Shown here piece by piece: positions 1 through 9,039 of a stretch of 62,404 nucleotides of DNA (position 1 is the first letter of the stretch; every line of letters begins with the position of its first letter). This DNA comes from Terriglobales bacterium (lineage in GTDB: Bacteria; Acidobacteriota; Terriglobia; Terriglobales; Acidobacteriaceae): NCBI GenBank assembly GCA_035277605.1, contig DATEKE010000237.1:1-62404 (forward strand), written 5' to 3'. The notes beneath the pieces were generated by a model. The model did not search any database, was not told where the DNA came from, and saw only the letters and a list, made by a program, of their open reading frames with translations. Made by a program: the position numbers and the translations under genes.

Positions 1-612
1 CAGGATGCTCATGATCTCCACCGATGTGCGGCTGTCAAGATTGCCAGTCGGCTCGTCAGCCAGCAGGATCGACGGCTGATTCACCAAAGCGCGAGCGATA
101 GCGACGCGTTGTTGTTGTCCTCCCGACAACTGCGAAGGAAAGTGGTCGAGACGCTCGCCGAGTCCAACCATCTCCAATGCTCGACGCGCGCGCTTTTGCC
201 GCTCTTCGACGTCGAGGCGCGCGTAAAGCGTCGGCAATTCGACGTTCTCCAGCGCCGTAGTGCGGGACAGGAGATTGAATCCCTGGAAGACAAACCCGAG
301 CCGCCGGTTGCGAATCGCAGCAAGTTCCTTTTTGGGAAGCTGTGCGACGTTCACTCCGTCGAGAACGTAGTTTCCCGAGGTCGGGCGATCGAGGCAGCCG
401 AGGATATTCATCAGCGTCGACTTCCCACTGCCGCTCGAACCCATGATGGCCACGAACTCTCCGCGGCCAATCTCCAGATTGATGCCGCGCAGGGCGTGCA
501 CGCGGTTTTCGCCAAGCTGGTAGATCCGGTGCACGTCCTGGATGCTGATCACAGCATCGTGCTTTTCGTATGCCGTCTTTATCTGTTCAAGTTCTGCAAG
601 TATGGTTGCCAT
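1..612 (-). CDS. ABC transporter ATP-binding protein, MacB/LolD type (C-terminus runs off the window edge)
   Basis: Own minus-strand translation from ATG at 612 (MATILAELEQ...). Walker A GSSGSGKST, ABC signature LSGGQQQRVAIARAL, Walker B ILLADEPT. Starts 11 nt after the adaptor gene stop. Confidence 0.9.
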   Translation of the reverse strand, partial: MATILAELEQIKTAYEKHDAVISIQDVHRIYQLGENRVHALRGINLEIGRGEFVAIMGSSGSGKSTLMNILGCLDRPTSGNYVLDGVNVAQLPKKELAAIRNRRLGFVFQGFNLLSRTTALENVELPTLYARLDVEERQKRARRALEMVGLGERLDHFPSQLSGGQQQRVAIARALVNQPSILLADEPTGNLDSRTSVEIMSIL

Positions 613-622
613 CACAGACCTC

Positions 623-1930
623 CTACCGTCCCATCCTGCCGCCGCCGCCTACGCGAGGCGTAGCGGGCGAGCCGCTGGGGCGTGCTGCGGACACCGAACT
701 CTTGCCTGCGTCCGCTTTGCCGGTGACAAGTTGATCGCCGGTGTTCAACGTTCCCGCGACCACCTTCGTCACTGCAGTGTTCACGTGGTCCGTTAGGCCG
801 CCGGCGATCTGGACTGGAACGAGATTCTTTGCACCTTGCAGCTTCCAGACCACCGCCTGCTGCGACTGACGCCCCTTGCCGGAGGACTGTATGCCGTTGG
901 CTGCAAGAAGTTGTTGCAGCTTGTCGGCGCTCAGGTCGGGCTTGAAGCGCAGCGCAGCATTCGGGACCTCCAACGTGTTCTCCGCCTGTGCAACGGGTAT
1001 GGTCACGTATGCGGTCATGCCGGGGAAAAGCTTTTGGTCTGGATTGTCGAAGGCGATTACGGTGTCATAGGTCACCACGTTCTGCACTGTCGTGGGATTC
1101 ATGCGCACCTGCTCCACCGTCCCGCGGAATACCTGATTGGGAAATGCGTCCACGGTGAAGGTCGCGGGCTGCCCTGCATGGATCTGTCCCACATCGGACT
1201 CGTCAGTGTTTGCGTAGACCCGCATCTTGGTGAGGTCCTGCGCGATGGTGAACAGCGTTGGGGCTTGCAAAGATGCAGCCACAGTCTGGCCGACATCGAT
1301 GCTGCGCGCCGTCACGGTGCCGTCGATAGGCGAGCGGATGATCGTGTGATCAAGATTCGTTTGCGCGACTTTCAACGCTGCGAGCTTCTGCGCTACTTGC
1401 GCATTGGTTTCTTTCACCTGTGCAGCCGCAGACGACACCGCCGCTTGGTTGGATTCTGAAGTAGCTTTGTCGATGTCGAGCTGCTGCGCGGCGATGACGC
1501 CGTCTTTGGCGAGAGCATTGCTGCGCTCGTAGGCCTTTTGCGCCTGCGTCGCTGTCGCTTGTGCCTTCAACAATTCGGCTTTCGAAGCTGCGGCAGTTGC
1601 CTGCGCGTTCTGCAAGTCGGCCTGAGCCTGCAACAGCGCTCCCTGGAACAGGGCAGGATCGATCTCGGCGATTACCTGTTCTTTCTTCACGCGCGTATTG
1701 AAGTCGGCGTTGAGTTTCGAAACGGTGCCAGAGACTTGCGAACCTACCTGAACTGTGGTCACTGCATCGATGGTGCCGGTAGCCTGTACGAGCTGGCGAA
1801 TGTCACCCTGCTGCACAGCTTGCGTTGTGTACATCGGCTTGTCGCTGCCGCGCAGGGTAAATGCGGCCATCACGGCCACAGCAATTACGAGTGCGAAAAT
1901 CCCAATCCACTTCCGCTGAATGTGTTTCAT
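623..1930 (-). CDS. HlyD/MacA-family periplasmic adaptor (membrane fusion protein) of a tripartite efflux pump
   Basis: ORF 623..1963. N-terminal TM anchor (WIGIFALVIAVAVMAAF), long Ala/Gln-rich coiled-coil hairpin, beta-rich C-half. Start moved to ATG 1930 (MKHIQRKW), which has GGAGAGG about 8 nt upstream. Confidence 0.88.
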   Translation of the reverse strand: MKHIQRKWIGIFALVIAVAVMAAFTLRGSDKPMYTTQAVQQGDIRQLVQATGTIDAVTTVQVGSQVSGTVSKLNADFNTRVKKEQVIAEIDPALFQGALLQAQADLQNAQATAAASKAELLKAQATATQAQKAYERSNALAKDGVIAAQQLDIDKATSESNQAAVSSAAAQVKETNAQVAQKLAALKVAQTNLDHTIIRSPIDGTVTARSIDVGQTVAASLQAPTLFTIAQDLTKMRVYANTDESDVGQIHAGQPATFTVDAFPNQVFRGTVEQVRMNPTTVQNVVTYDTVIAFDNPDQKLFPGMTAYVTIPVAQAENTLEVPNAALRFKPDLSADKLQQLLAANGIQSSGKGRQSQQAVVWKLQGAKNLVPVQIAGGLTDHVNTAVTKVVAGTLNTGDQLVTGKADAGKSSVSAARPSGSPATPRVGGGGRMGR

Positions 1931-2002
1931 TGCCTTTTCCTCTCCCACGCTCTTTAGACCCACAGGGGAGAAGAACGACCGTTAAGACTGCGGCAAGTCT
2001 AT

Positions 2003-2019
2003 GTAAAGAACTCTAAAGA
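2003..2019. promoter_or_regulatory. Direct repeat TAAAGA-N4-TAAAGA (10-bp period), candidate OmpR-family response-regulator box
   Basis: gTAAAGAactcTAAAGAg lies in the divergent region between the efflux operon and the OmpR-type regulator gene. It resembles the GTAAA-N5-GTAAA type of site. Seen by eye only. Confidence 0.3.
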
Positions 2020-2107
2020 GCTGATTCCAAACGCCTAGAACTTGCCTCTAACAGGTGTGACTTGTTTAAACTCCGAAGCAGACCTTTTGGCCGAACAGGC
2101 CATCGCT

Positions 2108-2806
2108 ATGGAACGCATCCTCATCGTTGATGACGACGTAGATCTGTTTCAGCTCGTAAAGCAATTTCTGGAGCCTGAGGGATTCCAGATAGAAGGCGCA
2201 CACGATGGCCCCAAGGGCCTCGAACGCGCGCTCTCCGGCGACTACAGCCTTGTAGTTCTCGACATAATGCTTCCCGATATGGGAGGACTCGAGGTTCTTC
2301 GCCACCTGCGCCAAAAGTCGAGTGTTCCCGTTCTGATACTCACGGCGCGCGGTGAAGATGTGGACAGAATCATCGGCCTGGAAATCGGGGCCGATGACTA
2401 CCTGCCTAAGCCATTTAATCCACGCGAGCTGCTGGCTCGTGTGCGGGCCATACTGCGCAGGTCACGAGAGACCGCAGCGCGCGATGCGAACCACAAAATT
2501 GAAGTTGGAGACGTAGAGCTGGATCCAGGCACGCGTCGCGTACAGTCTTCCGGAAGGAAAGTCGAACTCACCGCGGTGGAATTTAATCTTCTCGAGCAGT
2601 TGCTGCGCTCTGCCGGCCGCGTGGTCGAGCGCGAACAACTCGCTCAGGACATACTCGGACGTAAGCTGTCCGCTCTCGACCGCAGCCTCGATGTACACGT
2701 GAGCAACCTCCGCAAGAAGCTTGGACCGCGATCTGACGGCGAAGAGCGTATTAAGACCATTCGCGGGGTCGGTTACATCTATCCAGTCGAGCCAGAGCAG
2801 GGCTAA
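2108..2806 (+). CDS. OmpR/PhoB-family response regulator (CpxR-like)
   Basis: REC domain (MERILIVDDDVDL..., VVLDIMLPDMGG). C-terminal winged helix (LTAVEFNLLEQLL..., VHVSNLRKKL, IKTIRGVGYIY). Start moved to ATG 2108 inside ORF 2042..2806. Confidence 0.92.
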   Translation: MERILIVDDDVDLFQLVKQFLEPEGFQIEGAHDGPKGLERALSGDYSLVVLDIMLPDMGGLEVLRHLRQKSSVPVLILTARGEDVDRIIGLEIGADDYLPKPFNPRELLARVRAILRRSRETAARDANHKIEVGDVELDPGTRRVQSSGRKVELTAVEFNLLEQLLRSAGRVVEREQLAQDILGRKLSALDRSLDVHVSNLRKKLGPRSDGEERIKTIRGVGYIYPVEPEQG

Positions 2807-2809
2807 GCG

Positions 2810-4189
2810 ATGAGAAGTATTTTTCTCAAAATCTTTCTCTGGTTCTGGCTCACGATGGTGCTCGTCGCGCTGGCGTTCGTGTTCGTTTGGAGCCTGGAGA
2901 ATGATGCTGCTCCGTCGCGGCAGTCGCTTACTGCTGATGCGGTCGGACTTTATGCCACGTCTGCGGCTCAAGCGTACGAGGCAAAAGGCGCAATTGCTGC
3001 CGATCAGTCTCTCCAGCAGTTGCAGCAGAGTTTCGGAATCCGAGTCGCTCTGCTCAGCGAGAACATGCAAACTCTCGCGGGCACTTTCAACAATGCGGAC
3101 CAACAGCTCGCCGCAAAGGCCACATCGAGCGGGCAAACGCAATTTGATATGCGCGGTAATTTTGCCGAAGTTGCCGCGATCACGCACGGACCTTCGGGCA
3201 AGAAGTACACCCTTGTCGCAGAGCTTCCGAGACGAACTTCAGGATTGTTTCGCGGCAGCGCAAGCCAACAGTTGTTGCGCTGGGCTATCGCAATCCTGAT
3301 CTCCGGTCTGGTCTGCTACACGCTCACTCTATATCTAATTCGACCTGTGCTGCGCATACGCTCAGCCGCGAGCAGCATCGCCGGCGGAGATTTTTCTGCG
3401 CGCGCGGCTCCCACACTGGCGCACCGGCGCGATGAACTCGGAGACCTCGTTCGTGATTTCAATCAAATGGCAGAAAGAATCGAACGCTTGATGGAAACGC
3501 AACAGCAGTTGCTGCGGGACATCTCCCACGAACTCCGTTCACCCCTTGCTCGACTGACCGTCGCCCTTGAGATTGCAAGGAAATGGGCAGGTAAAGAGGC
3601 GGCAGACGCGCTCAATCGCATCGAGCAGGAATCAGAGCGGTTGAACGAGATGATCGGCAGGCTGCTCACGCTTGCGCGCATCAATTCTCTAGTCGATCCG
3701 CCGCAGCACAGTACGGTTTCTCTGCGTCCTCTGCTGGATCAGATCGCGCAGGACGCAACCTTCGAAGCCACGGCCAAGAGCTGCACGGTAGAGGTGGCAG
3801 GCGAAAATGACTGCGAGATACATGGCTCGCATGAGCTTTTGCATAGCGCCATTGAAAACGTCGTGCGTAACGCCGTGCGCCACACGCCGCCGGGAAGCAC
3901 CGTGCGGGTTCACCTGGATTGCGACGCAAGACGTTCACGCATTTCCATCTCGGACGAGGGAGCCGGCGTGCCTGCTGCTGAACTAGGAAAGATATTTCGT
4001 CCTTTTTATCGGCTCAGTGATGCGCGTGAACATCGCACCGGAGGTACGGGGATCGGCCTCGCCATCACGCAGCAGGTTGCGCGCCTGCACGGCGGCAGCG
4101 TGACCGCACATAACGCAAATCCGCATGGGCTGGTGGTTGAGTTTGAGCTGCCTTGTCACGTAGGAAAGCAGGCGGCTTCGGTCTCATGA
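2810..4189 (+). CDS. Sensor histidine kinase (periplasmic sensor, HAMP, HisKA, HATPase_c; CpxA-like)
   Basis: Two TM segments. H-box ISHELRSPLARL, G-box GTGIGLAI. Starts 4 nt after the regulator stop. Confidence 0.92.
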   Translation: MRSIFLKIFLWFWLTMVLVALAFVFVWSLENDAAPSRQSLTADAVGLYATSAAQAYEAKGAIAADQSLQQLQQSFGIRVALLSENMQTLAGTFNNADQQLAAKATSSGQTQFDMRGNFAEVAAITHGPSGKKYTLVAELPRRTSGLFRGSASQQLLRWAIAILISGLVCYTLTLYLIRPVLRIRSAASSIAGGDFSARAAPTLAHRRDELGDLVRDFNQMAERIERLMETQQQLLRDISHELRSPLARLTVALEIARKWAGKEAADALNRIEQESERLNEMIGRLLTLARINSLVDPPQHSTVSLRPLLDQIAQDATFEATAKSCTVEVAGENDCEIHGSHELLHSAIENVVRNAVRHTPPGSTVRVHLDCDARRSRISISDEGAGVPAAELGKIFRPFYRLSDAREHRTGGTGIGLAITQQVARLHGGSVTAHNANPHGLVVEFELPCHVGKQAASVS

Positions 4190-4252
4190 GGCTGTAATTT
4201 AAGTCCCTTCTAAATCCTAACTGGGAAGTCGCGAAACATCCCTGAACTAGTT

Positions 4253-5392
4253 CTATCCGAACAGCGCGTGTAAGAACCGCTTGAAGAATCCCCGCTTCTG
4301 TCCTTCGGCGCCGGTTTTGGCCTTTTGCGGTGGCTCTGGAGTAACCGCTGGAGTCTGCGGCCAGGGGAGACGCTCGATATGAACACGAGCCAGCGTGGCG
4401 GTCACATCAGGCTGTGTATTCGAACCCTTGAAGACCATAGGCGCATCGACTTGCACCTGGAGGGGACCGCCAGGCTGTTGCGGCAGTCCTGCGGCTGCGC
4501 TGGCGGTGGCAGCGACGGCAGGTTCATTTCGGATTGCAGCTGCGACCTCGGCTCTTTGCTCCGGCGTAGCGACGGGCTGCTGCTGAGCCTGTGCGCTGGG
4601 TGAAGCGGACTGAAGTGCGGGTTCCGATTTGGGAACAACAATTGGCGCGTTTGTCGCGGGCTTGGCGGAAGCAACCTGGGCCGGTACGGCTGCCGGTTGC
4701 TGTGGAGCTATCTCGGCTCTCTGTAGGGGCGATGGAGCGGGACATCCACACAGCATCGTGCTGTTGTCGTCCGGGTCTTTTACGTGTCCTGCATGGAAGA
4801 CTACCTGCTCGTCCGGCTTCACGTGATAGAAATCGTCTCCTATAAGCTCAGAGACGACCACGTACGAGTTATCTCCCCGCGAACGCACGCAGGCATCGCC
4901 GTTCTTATTGGCGCTGATCGAGACACTCACATCCGCCGGTCCTGAAATGAGAATTCGATAGTCGGGAGTGAGAACAACATCCGCGAGAAACGGAATGCTG
5001 TAATCGGCTTCGAGCGAGCCCGCACTCATGGCAAACATGAGTTCCTGCCCTTGAGGGGAGGTATTTACCGTCAGGTTCGTTCCGGGACAGACGCGGACTT
5101 GCCCACCTCGCGCCAGACGCAGCGTGGCGGAATGCTCTCCTGCAGTAATCGCCACTCCATTGCTTACTTCGAGCCCGCCGGACGTTTCGCGCACGCTTCC
5201 TTTCACTGAGGCGTCCGAAGCATACACATCTCCGACGACCTGAGCGGTTGCTGGAATTGGAGCGATCATCGCGAGGCCCAAAACAAAAACCCCGCGCTTT
5301 TGGCGCAGGGTCTTTGCTTTGGGAGGGTGGTGCTTTGCTGAGGACGAAACTTTACGCGTCGGCTGTCTCCGGCACGAAATCATACTGCTCAA
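4253..5392 (-). CDS. Secreted hypothetical protein: beta-rich FecR-like N-half and Pro/Ala/Gln-rich C-half
   Basis: Signal peptide (KRGVFVLGLAMIAPIPATAQ). Low-complexity Pro/Ala region. Overlaps the 3' end of the upstream PilZ gene by about 41 nt, so co-transcription is likely. The FecR-like call is by eye. Confidence 0.7.
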   Translation of the reverse strand: MSSMISCRRQPTRKVSSSAKHHPPKAKTLRQKRGVFVLGLAMIAPIPATAQVVGDVYASDASVKGSVRETSGGLEVSNGVAITAGEHSATLRLARGGQVRVCPGTNLTVNTSPQGQELMFAMSAGSLEADYSIPFLADVVLTPDYRILISGPADVSVSISANKNGDACVRSRGDNSYVVVSELIGDDFYHVKPDEQVVFHAGHVKDPDDNSTMLCGCPAPSPLQRAEIAPQQPAAVPAQVASAKPATNAPIVVPKSEPALQSASPSAQAQQQPVATPEQRAEVAAAIRNEPAVAATASAAAGLPQQPGGPLQVQVDAPMVFKGSNTQPDVTATLARVHIERLPWPQTPAVTPEPPQKAKTGAEGQKRGFFKRFLHALFG

Positions 5393-5690
5393 TTATCGCA
5401 GCTACTCCCACGCGAGGCGCCTCGTCGTTGATGCGAACCACGCGGCCGCGGCAACGAACACGGATGCTTTCCGTAAGCGTGATCTCAGGCGGTAGCGTGA
5501 GCGTGAATTCAACCTTTGTTCCTTCAGTAAGATTCGAACCTGTGTAGAAAAATACGCCTTGAGCACTTACGTCGCGCGTTTCCGCTGAAACTTCCTCGAC
5601 GTGTCCGTTGTCGCAACGAACCGATACCGGCAGCTTGAGGGCAAAGCGGCGGCTGGTTCTCTGCTCAACTTTGGTTGCAAATGTCGCCAT
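5352..5690 (-). CDS. Stand-alone PilZ domain protein (putative c-di-GMP receptor)
   Basis: 112 aa. RTSRR (RxxxR) and DVSAQG (D/NxSxxG) motifs at the expected spacing. Confidence 0.8.
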   Translation of the reverse strand: MATFATKVEQRTSRRFALKLPVSVRCDNGHVEEVSAETRDVSAQGVFFYTGSNLTEGTKVEFTLTLPPEITLTESIRVRCRGRVVRINDEAPRVGVAAIIEQYDFVPETADA

Positions 5691-5781
5691 GGGGGTACCT
5701 CAATGTGGGGACGTTATGAGCATGACAAGGACCCGAAATCAAGTCAAGGCATTTCGAGCTATTCGGGCGATTTTCGAGATT

Positions 5782-7707
5782 CTACGCAGCTTCGGGCTGC
5801 GGTTCGTGGTGCTTTCTGTCCGTCACAGGTGCTGCTGGTTGGAAAGAGACAGCCTGGTTGTGCTTCTCAGGCAAAAACACCTGAAAACAGGTGTAGCTGC
5901 GGCCGGGACGCGAGTCGCTGTGGACGTGAATGGTGCCATGATGCCGCTCGACGATTCCGCTGCTCACCCACAACCCTACGCCGCTGCCCTTCTCTCCCTT
6001 CGTGCTGAAGAAAGGCTCAAAGATGCGCTTGCGGACGTCTTTGGGAATTCCCGTTCCGGTATCGAGCAGCGAGATAACCACGCCATCCCGGCCCATAGCA
6101 CCTGTTTGCCGAGTACGCCGGATGTGCACCCGCAAGCCGCCACCCGCGGGCATCGCTTCCACTGCATTCACGATCAGATTGGTGAAGACTTGCCGCAGCT
6201 CAGCAGGAAATCCAGGCAACTCTCCCAGCCAATCGTAGCGACGCTCCACACGGATTTTGCTGGCGCGAATCTTGTTCCCGTAGAGCAGCAACACACCATC
6301 GAGCAGCTTGGCAGGATTCACCGGCACCATCGACGAGGATTGGCGATGCATTGCGAGCGTCTGCTGCGTGACCTCGGTCATGCGATGCAATTCCTGATCA
6401 ATGAGCTCAAGCTGCTGGCGCTCGGCGTTGCCCAGGCGGGTGCTTTGTTTGAACACGTAGAGAAGCTGGATTACAGAATCGAGTGGATTGCGCAGTTCGT
6501 GGGAAATGGTTGCCGCGATACGTCCGGTTGCAGCCATTTTCTCGCTGGCTTGCAACGCTGCTTCCGCGCGCTTGCGCTCAGAAAGATCGCGAAACATCAT
6601 CACCGCGCCGAGGGCGATTCCGTCGCTGATCACCGGCGCGGCAGTGTACTCCGCCACCAGCTTTTCGCCCGATTTCGTGATGAGCGTTTCTTCTTCCACC
6701 CAGCAGGAATGGCCTGCGTGCGTGGCATTCAGCAGGCAGCAGCCGCCTTCCGCATCACACCCGATGTGGACGAGTTCATGAAGCTGCTTGCCTCGCACCT
6801 GCTCCGATTTGTAGCCCAGCATGCGCTCTGCGGCTGCGTTCAGATATTGAATTGCGCCTGAGGTGTCGATGTAGCACACACCTTCCGTCAGACTGCCCAG
6901 TACTGCGCGAAAGTGTGACCGGACTTCCTCAGCCTGCTTTTGCGCAGTGATTTCCGAGGCCATTCCCAACATCAGGTGCGTGCCGTTTTCTTCGAAGATC
7001 TTGCCTTTGCTTGAAAGCCAACGAATGGTGCCGTCACGTTCGACGACGCGGTACTCGAGTTCGAGGCGGTGATGACGCGCAGCAGCTTCAAACAATGAAG
7101 TCAGCACCCGTTCGCGATCCTCAGCGTGAACTCTGCGATTGATGTAATCATCGATTGCAATCTCGTAGCACTGACTTCGCTCAGCGTCAGTGGCCCGGTA
7201 CTCCCCTTCGCGAGACCAGCGCAGCAGATTTGACTCCAGATCCCACTCCCAGAACCAGATGCGGGCGGCACGCCGGGCGAGTCTGAGCCGCTGATCGTGT
7301 TCCAACAACTGCAATTGTTCGCGCTGCTGGCGACGGATCACCTCGATCAGGACAATACCGAGCCCAACGTATGCGCACCAAAGCACCAGTCCCGACCGGA
7401 AATCCGCTTGCGCTGTGCTGGATCCAGGAAGCAGAAGCCACAGTCCCCCAGCGGTGATGATCAGAGCAAGCCAACCGGCAGCGTATCCCCCCACCAGTGC
7501 GCTGATGAGCAGCGCAAAGAGGCAAATCAGCCCTGCAGGTTTCTGCGCTCCGACCGGTACGGCTGCGACAAAAACGGCTGCAAGTGCCAGAGCTGCAGCA
7601 AGCACATAGCTCCAGTAAGAGCGTCCGGTGCGGAGGCGAGGCGCACGCATAAATCTCGGCCTGGCCGTGGAAGCAGACATAAAGAGGCCCGGTCGTAGTA
7701 CTTGCAA
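5782..7707 (-). CDS. Membrane-anchored PAS-PAS sensor histidine kinase
   Basis: N-terminal multi-TM region, two PAS-like segments. H-box ISHELRNPLDSV, N-box NLIVNAVEAM, G-box GSGVGLWV. The exact start is uncertain because several in-frame Met codons exist. Confidence 0.9.
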   Translation of the reverse strand: MQVLRPGLFMSASTARPRFMRAPRLRTGRSYWSYVLAAALALAAVFVAAVPVGAQKPAGLICLFALLISALVGGYAAGWLALIITAGGLWLLLPGSSTAQADFRSGLVLWCAYVGLGIVLIEVIRRQQREQLQLLEHDQRLRLARRAARIWFWEWDLESNLLRWSREGEYRATDAERSQCYEIAIDDYINRRVHAEDRERVLTSLFEAAARHHRLELEYRVVERDGTIRWLSSKGKIFEENGTHLMLGMASEITAQKQAEEVRSHFRAVLGSLTEGVCYIDTSGAIQYLNAAAERMLGYKSEQVRGKQLHELVHIGCDAEGGCCLLNATHAGHSCWVEEETLITKSGEKLVAEYTAAPVISDGIALGAVMMFRDLSERKRAEAALQASEKMAATGRIAATISHELRNPLDSVIQLLYVFKQSTRLGNAERQQLELIDQELHRMTEVTQQTLAMHRQSSSMVPVNPAKLLDGVLLLYGNKIRASKIRVERRYDWLGELPGFPAELRQVFTNLIVNAVEAMPAGGGLRVHIRRTRQTGAMGRDGVVISLLDTGTGIPKDVRKRIFEPFFSTKGEKGSGVGLWVSSGIVERHHGTIHVHSDSRPGRSYTCFQVFLPEKHNQAVSFQPAAPVTDRKHHEPQPEAA

Positions 7708-7799
7708 AACGCGGGATAGATGTGGGATGACGTTGAAGTTATTGAGGTTGGCGCATAATGGCGCACTGCTGCTTGGCTTTAATTCTCCTCGGCTGACCG

Positions 7800-7832
7800 A
7801 AAAAAAACGGTCCTGAACCCGGCAGGGTCCGT
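7800..7832 (-). terminator. Rho-independent terminator read on the minus strand (imperfect GC stem followed by U8)
   Basis: Plus strand reads A8 then ACGGTCCTG-aacccgg-CAGGGTCCGT. On the minus strand this is a hairpin followed by TTTTTTTT. It lies between the UDG region and the kinase promoter. Confidence 0.6.
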
Positions 7833-7932
7833 TAAGAATTCTTTACCTGCTGAGTTGCTGACCGAGAGGAATTTGCATCAGATGTGGGTTGAGTACAGGT
7901 GAACACCGCTCTCGTACGGCGGATTCCAGAGG

Positions 7933-8136
7933 TTGAAGATGACGAAACTCGAAACCTTTTTCGCTCCGGAGAAGTTGCAAGGCGCCAACGCCGACTTCTA
8001 TCGTCGCGCGATCAGCGAGTTGCTCTGGTATCGCATGCTGCGCGATGGCGAGGACCAGATCGAAAGCCTTAGCAAAGATCATCCTCTTGATCCACTTGCG
8101 TTTGACGCGATTGGAATTCAGTTCGGACGAGCGTAA
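7933..8136 (+). CDS. Small hypothetical protein (67 aa)
   Basis: GAGG 6 nt upstream of the ATG, balanced amino-acid composition, GC-rich third codon positions. It conflicts with the codon-aligned antisense ORF 7843..8184 (see rejected). Confidence 0.45.
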   Translation: MKMTKLETFFAPEKLQGANADFYRRAISELLWYRMLRDGEDQIESLSKDHPLDPLAFDAIGIQFGRA

Positions 8137-8202
8137 CGATCGCGCGCACAATCCGCGGGCAGACGCACAAATGAGGCTTCCCAATGCCTTGCCAGCCGAA
8201 GT

Positions 8203-8976
8203 TCACAACTGTGCCAACACCCTCGCACGTTCGAACACCGCGCGAAACATTTCTTTCGTGAGTTTTCCCGTATTGGTGTTCTGAAGCGAGGGATGATAGG
8301 CCCCCATTAGAATCACGTTATTCGGCATTTGATACTCAACTCCGTGGCCAAAGATGTACGGAGCACGCGAAGTGATTATTCCTCCGCGACGAAGGTGATT
8401 GAGATAGGCATCGAAGCCGATCTTCCCCAACGCGACCACAACACTCACGCGCCGCAGCGCTGCCAGTTCGACATCGAGAAAATGCGAGCAGTTGGCGATC
8501 TCCTCCGGACTCGGCTTGTTCGCCGGGGGAGCGCAACGAACGGCTGCCGTGATGTATGCGTCAGTGAGTTTCAGCCCATCGTCGCAGTGCGTGGCAGTGG
8601 ATTGTGATGCGAATCCGGTCTCGTAGAGTACGGGATACATAAAGTAGCCGGACCCGTCGCCTGTAAACGGCCGACCTGTGCGATTGGAACCGTGCGCTCC
8701 TGGCGCGAGTCCCAAAATGAGAACACGCGCATTGGCATCGCCGAAACCAGGAACCGGCTTGGCCCAATACTCCCAGTCGACATAGGCCCGCCGCTTCACG
8801 CGCCCAATTTCCTCGCGATAGGCGACAAGTCTTGGGCACAGCCGGCAAGCAATGACTGCTTGATTCAGCTCGGGAAGAGACCGCACCTCAGGCGCATGCG
8901 AATTTGCTCGTGACTTTGCACCATTGCGGTTGGATTGCTTGGTCGATCTGGCGGCTTTTGCGGCTGGAGACGGCAA
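8203..8976 (-). CDS. Uracil-DNA glycosylase superfamily protein, family 5 (UDGb)-like, Fe-S type
   Basis: Motif GLAPGAHGSNRTGRPFTGD, N-terminal CRLCPRL cysteines, C-terminal HPSLQN motif. The family 5 versus family 4 assignment is from memory of the motifs. Confidence 0.85.
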   Translation of the reverse strand: MPSPAAKAARSTKQSNRNGAKSRANSHAPEVRSLPELNQAVIACRLCPRLVAYREEIGRVKRRAYVDWEYWAKPVPGFGDANARVLILGLAPGAHGSNRTGRPFTGDGSGYFMYPVLYETGFASQSTATHCDDGLKLTDAYITAAVRCAPPANKPSPEEIANCSHFLDVELAALRRVSVVVALGKIGFDAYLNHLRRGGIITSRAPYIFGHGVEYQMPNNVILMGAYHPSLQNTNTGKLTKEMFRAVFERARVLAQL

Positions 8977-9039
8977 TGCTTTGTGGGTTTTTGCTTGTCC
9001 TAATGAAGTGAGGGACGCTTCGAAGTGGGTGTTTGGAAG

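Noticed and set aside
109-663. 184-aa plus-strand ORF at the window start
   Set aside because: It is antisense to a clear ABC ATPase gene with Walker A, signature and Walker B motifs on the minus strand. The composition is Arg/Leu/Ala-rich, typical of a shadow ORF.
5530-5540. tRNA T-arm-like GGTTCGAATCT on the minus strand
   Set aside because: It lies inside the PilZ coding frame (..GSNLTEG..). No acceptor, D-arm or anticodon-arm pairing surrounds it. I found no tRNA gene anywhere in the window.
5608-6861. 417-aa plus-strand ORF
   Set aside because: It is antisense to the PAS histidine kinase, which has unmistakable H/N/G boxes. Its composition is His/Arg/Cys-rich.
7843-8184. 113-aa minus-strand ORF between the UDG gene and the terminator
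   Set aside because: It is Arg/Leu/Ser/Cys-rich with almost no Asp/Thr and no Tyr. It has a TTG start and a weak RBS, and it exactly mirrors the better plus-strand ORF. Kept only as an alternative because a terminator follows its stop (see finding).
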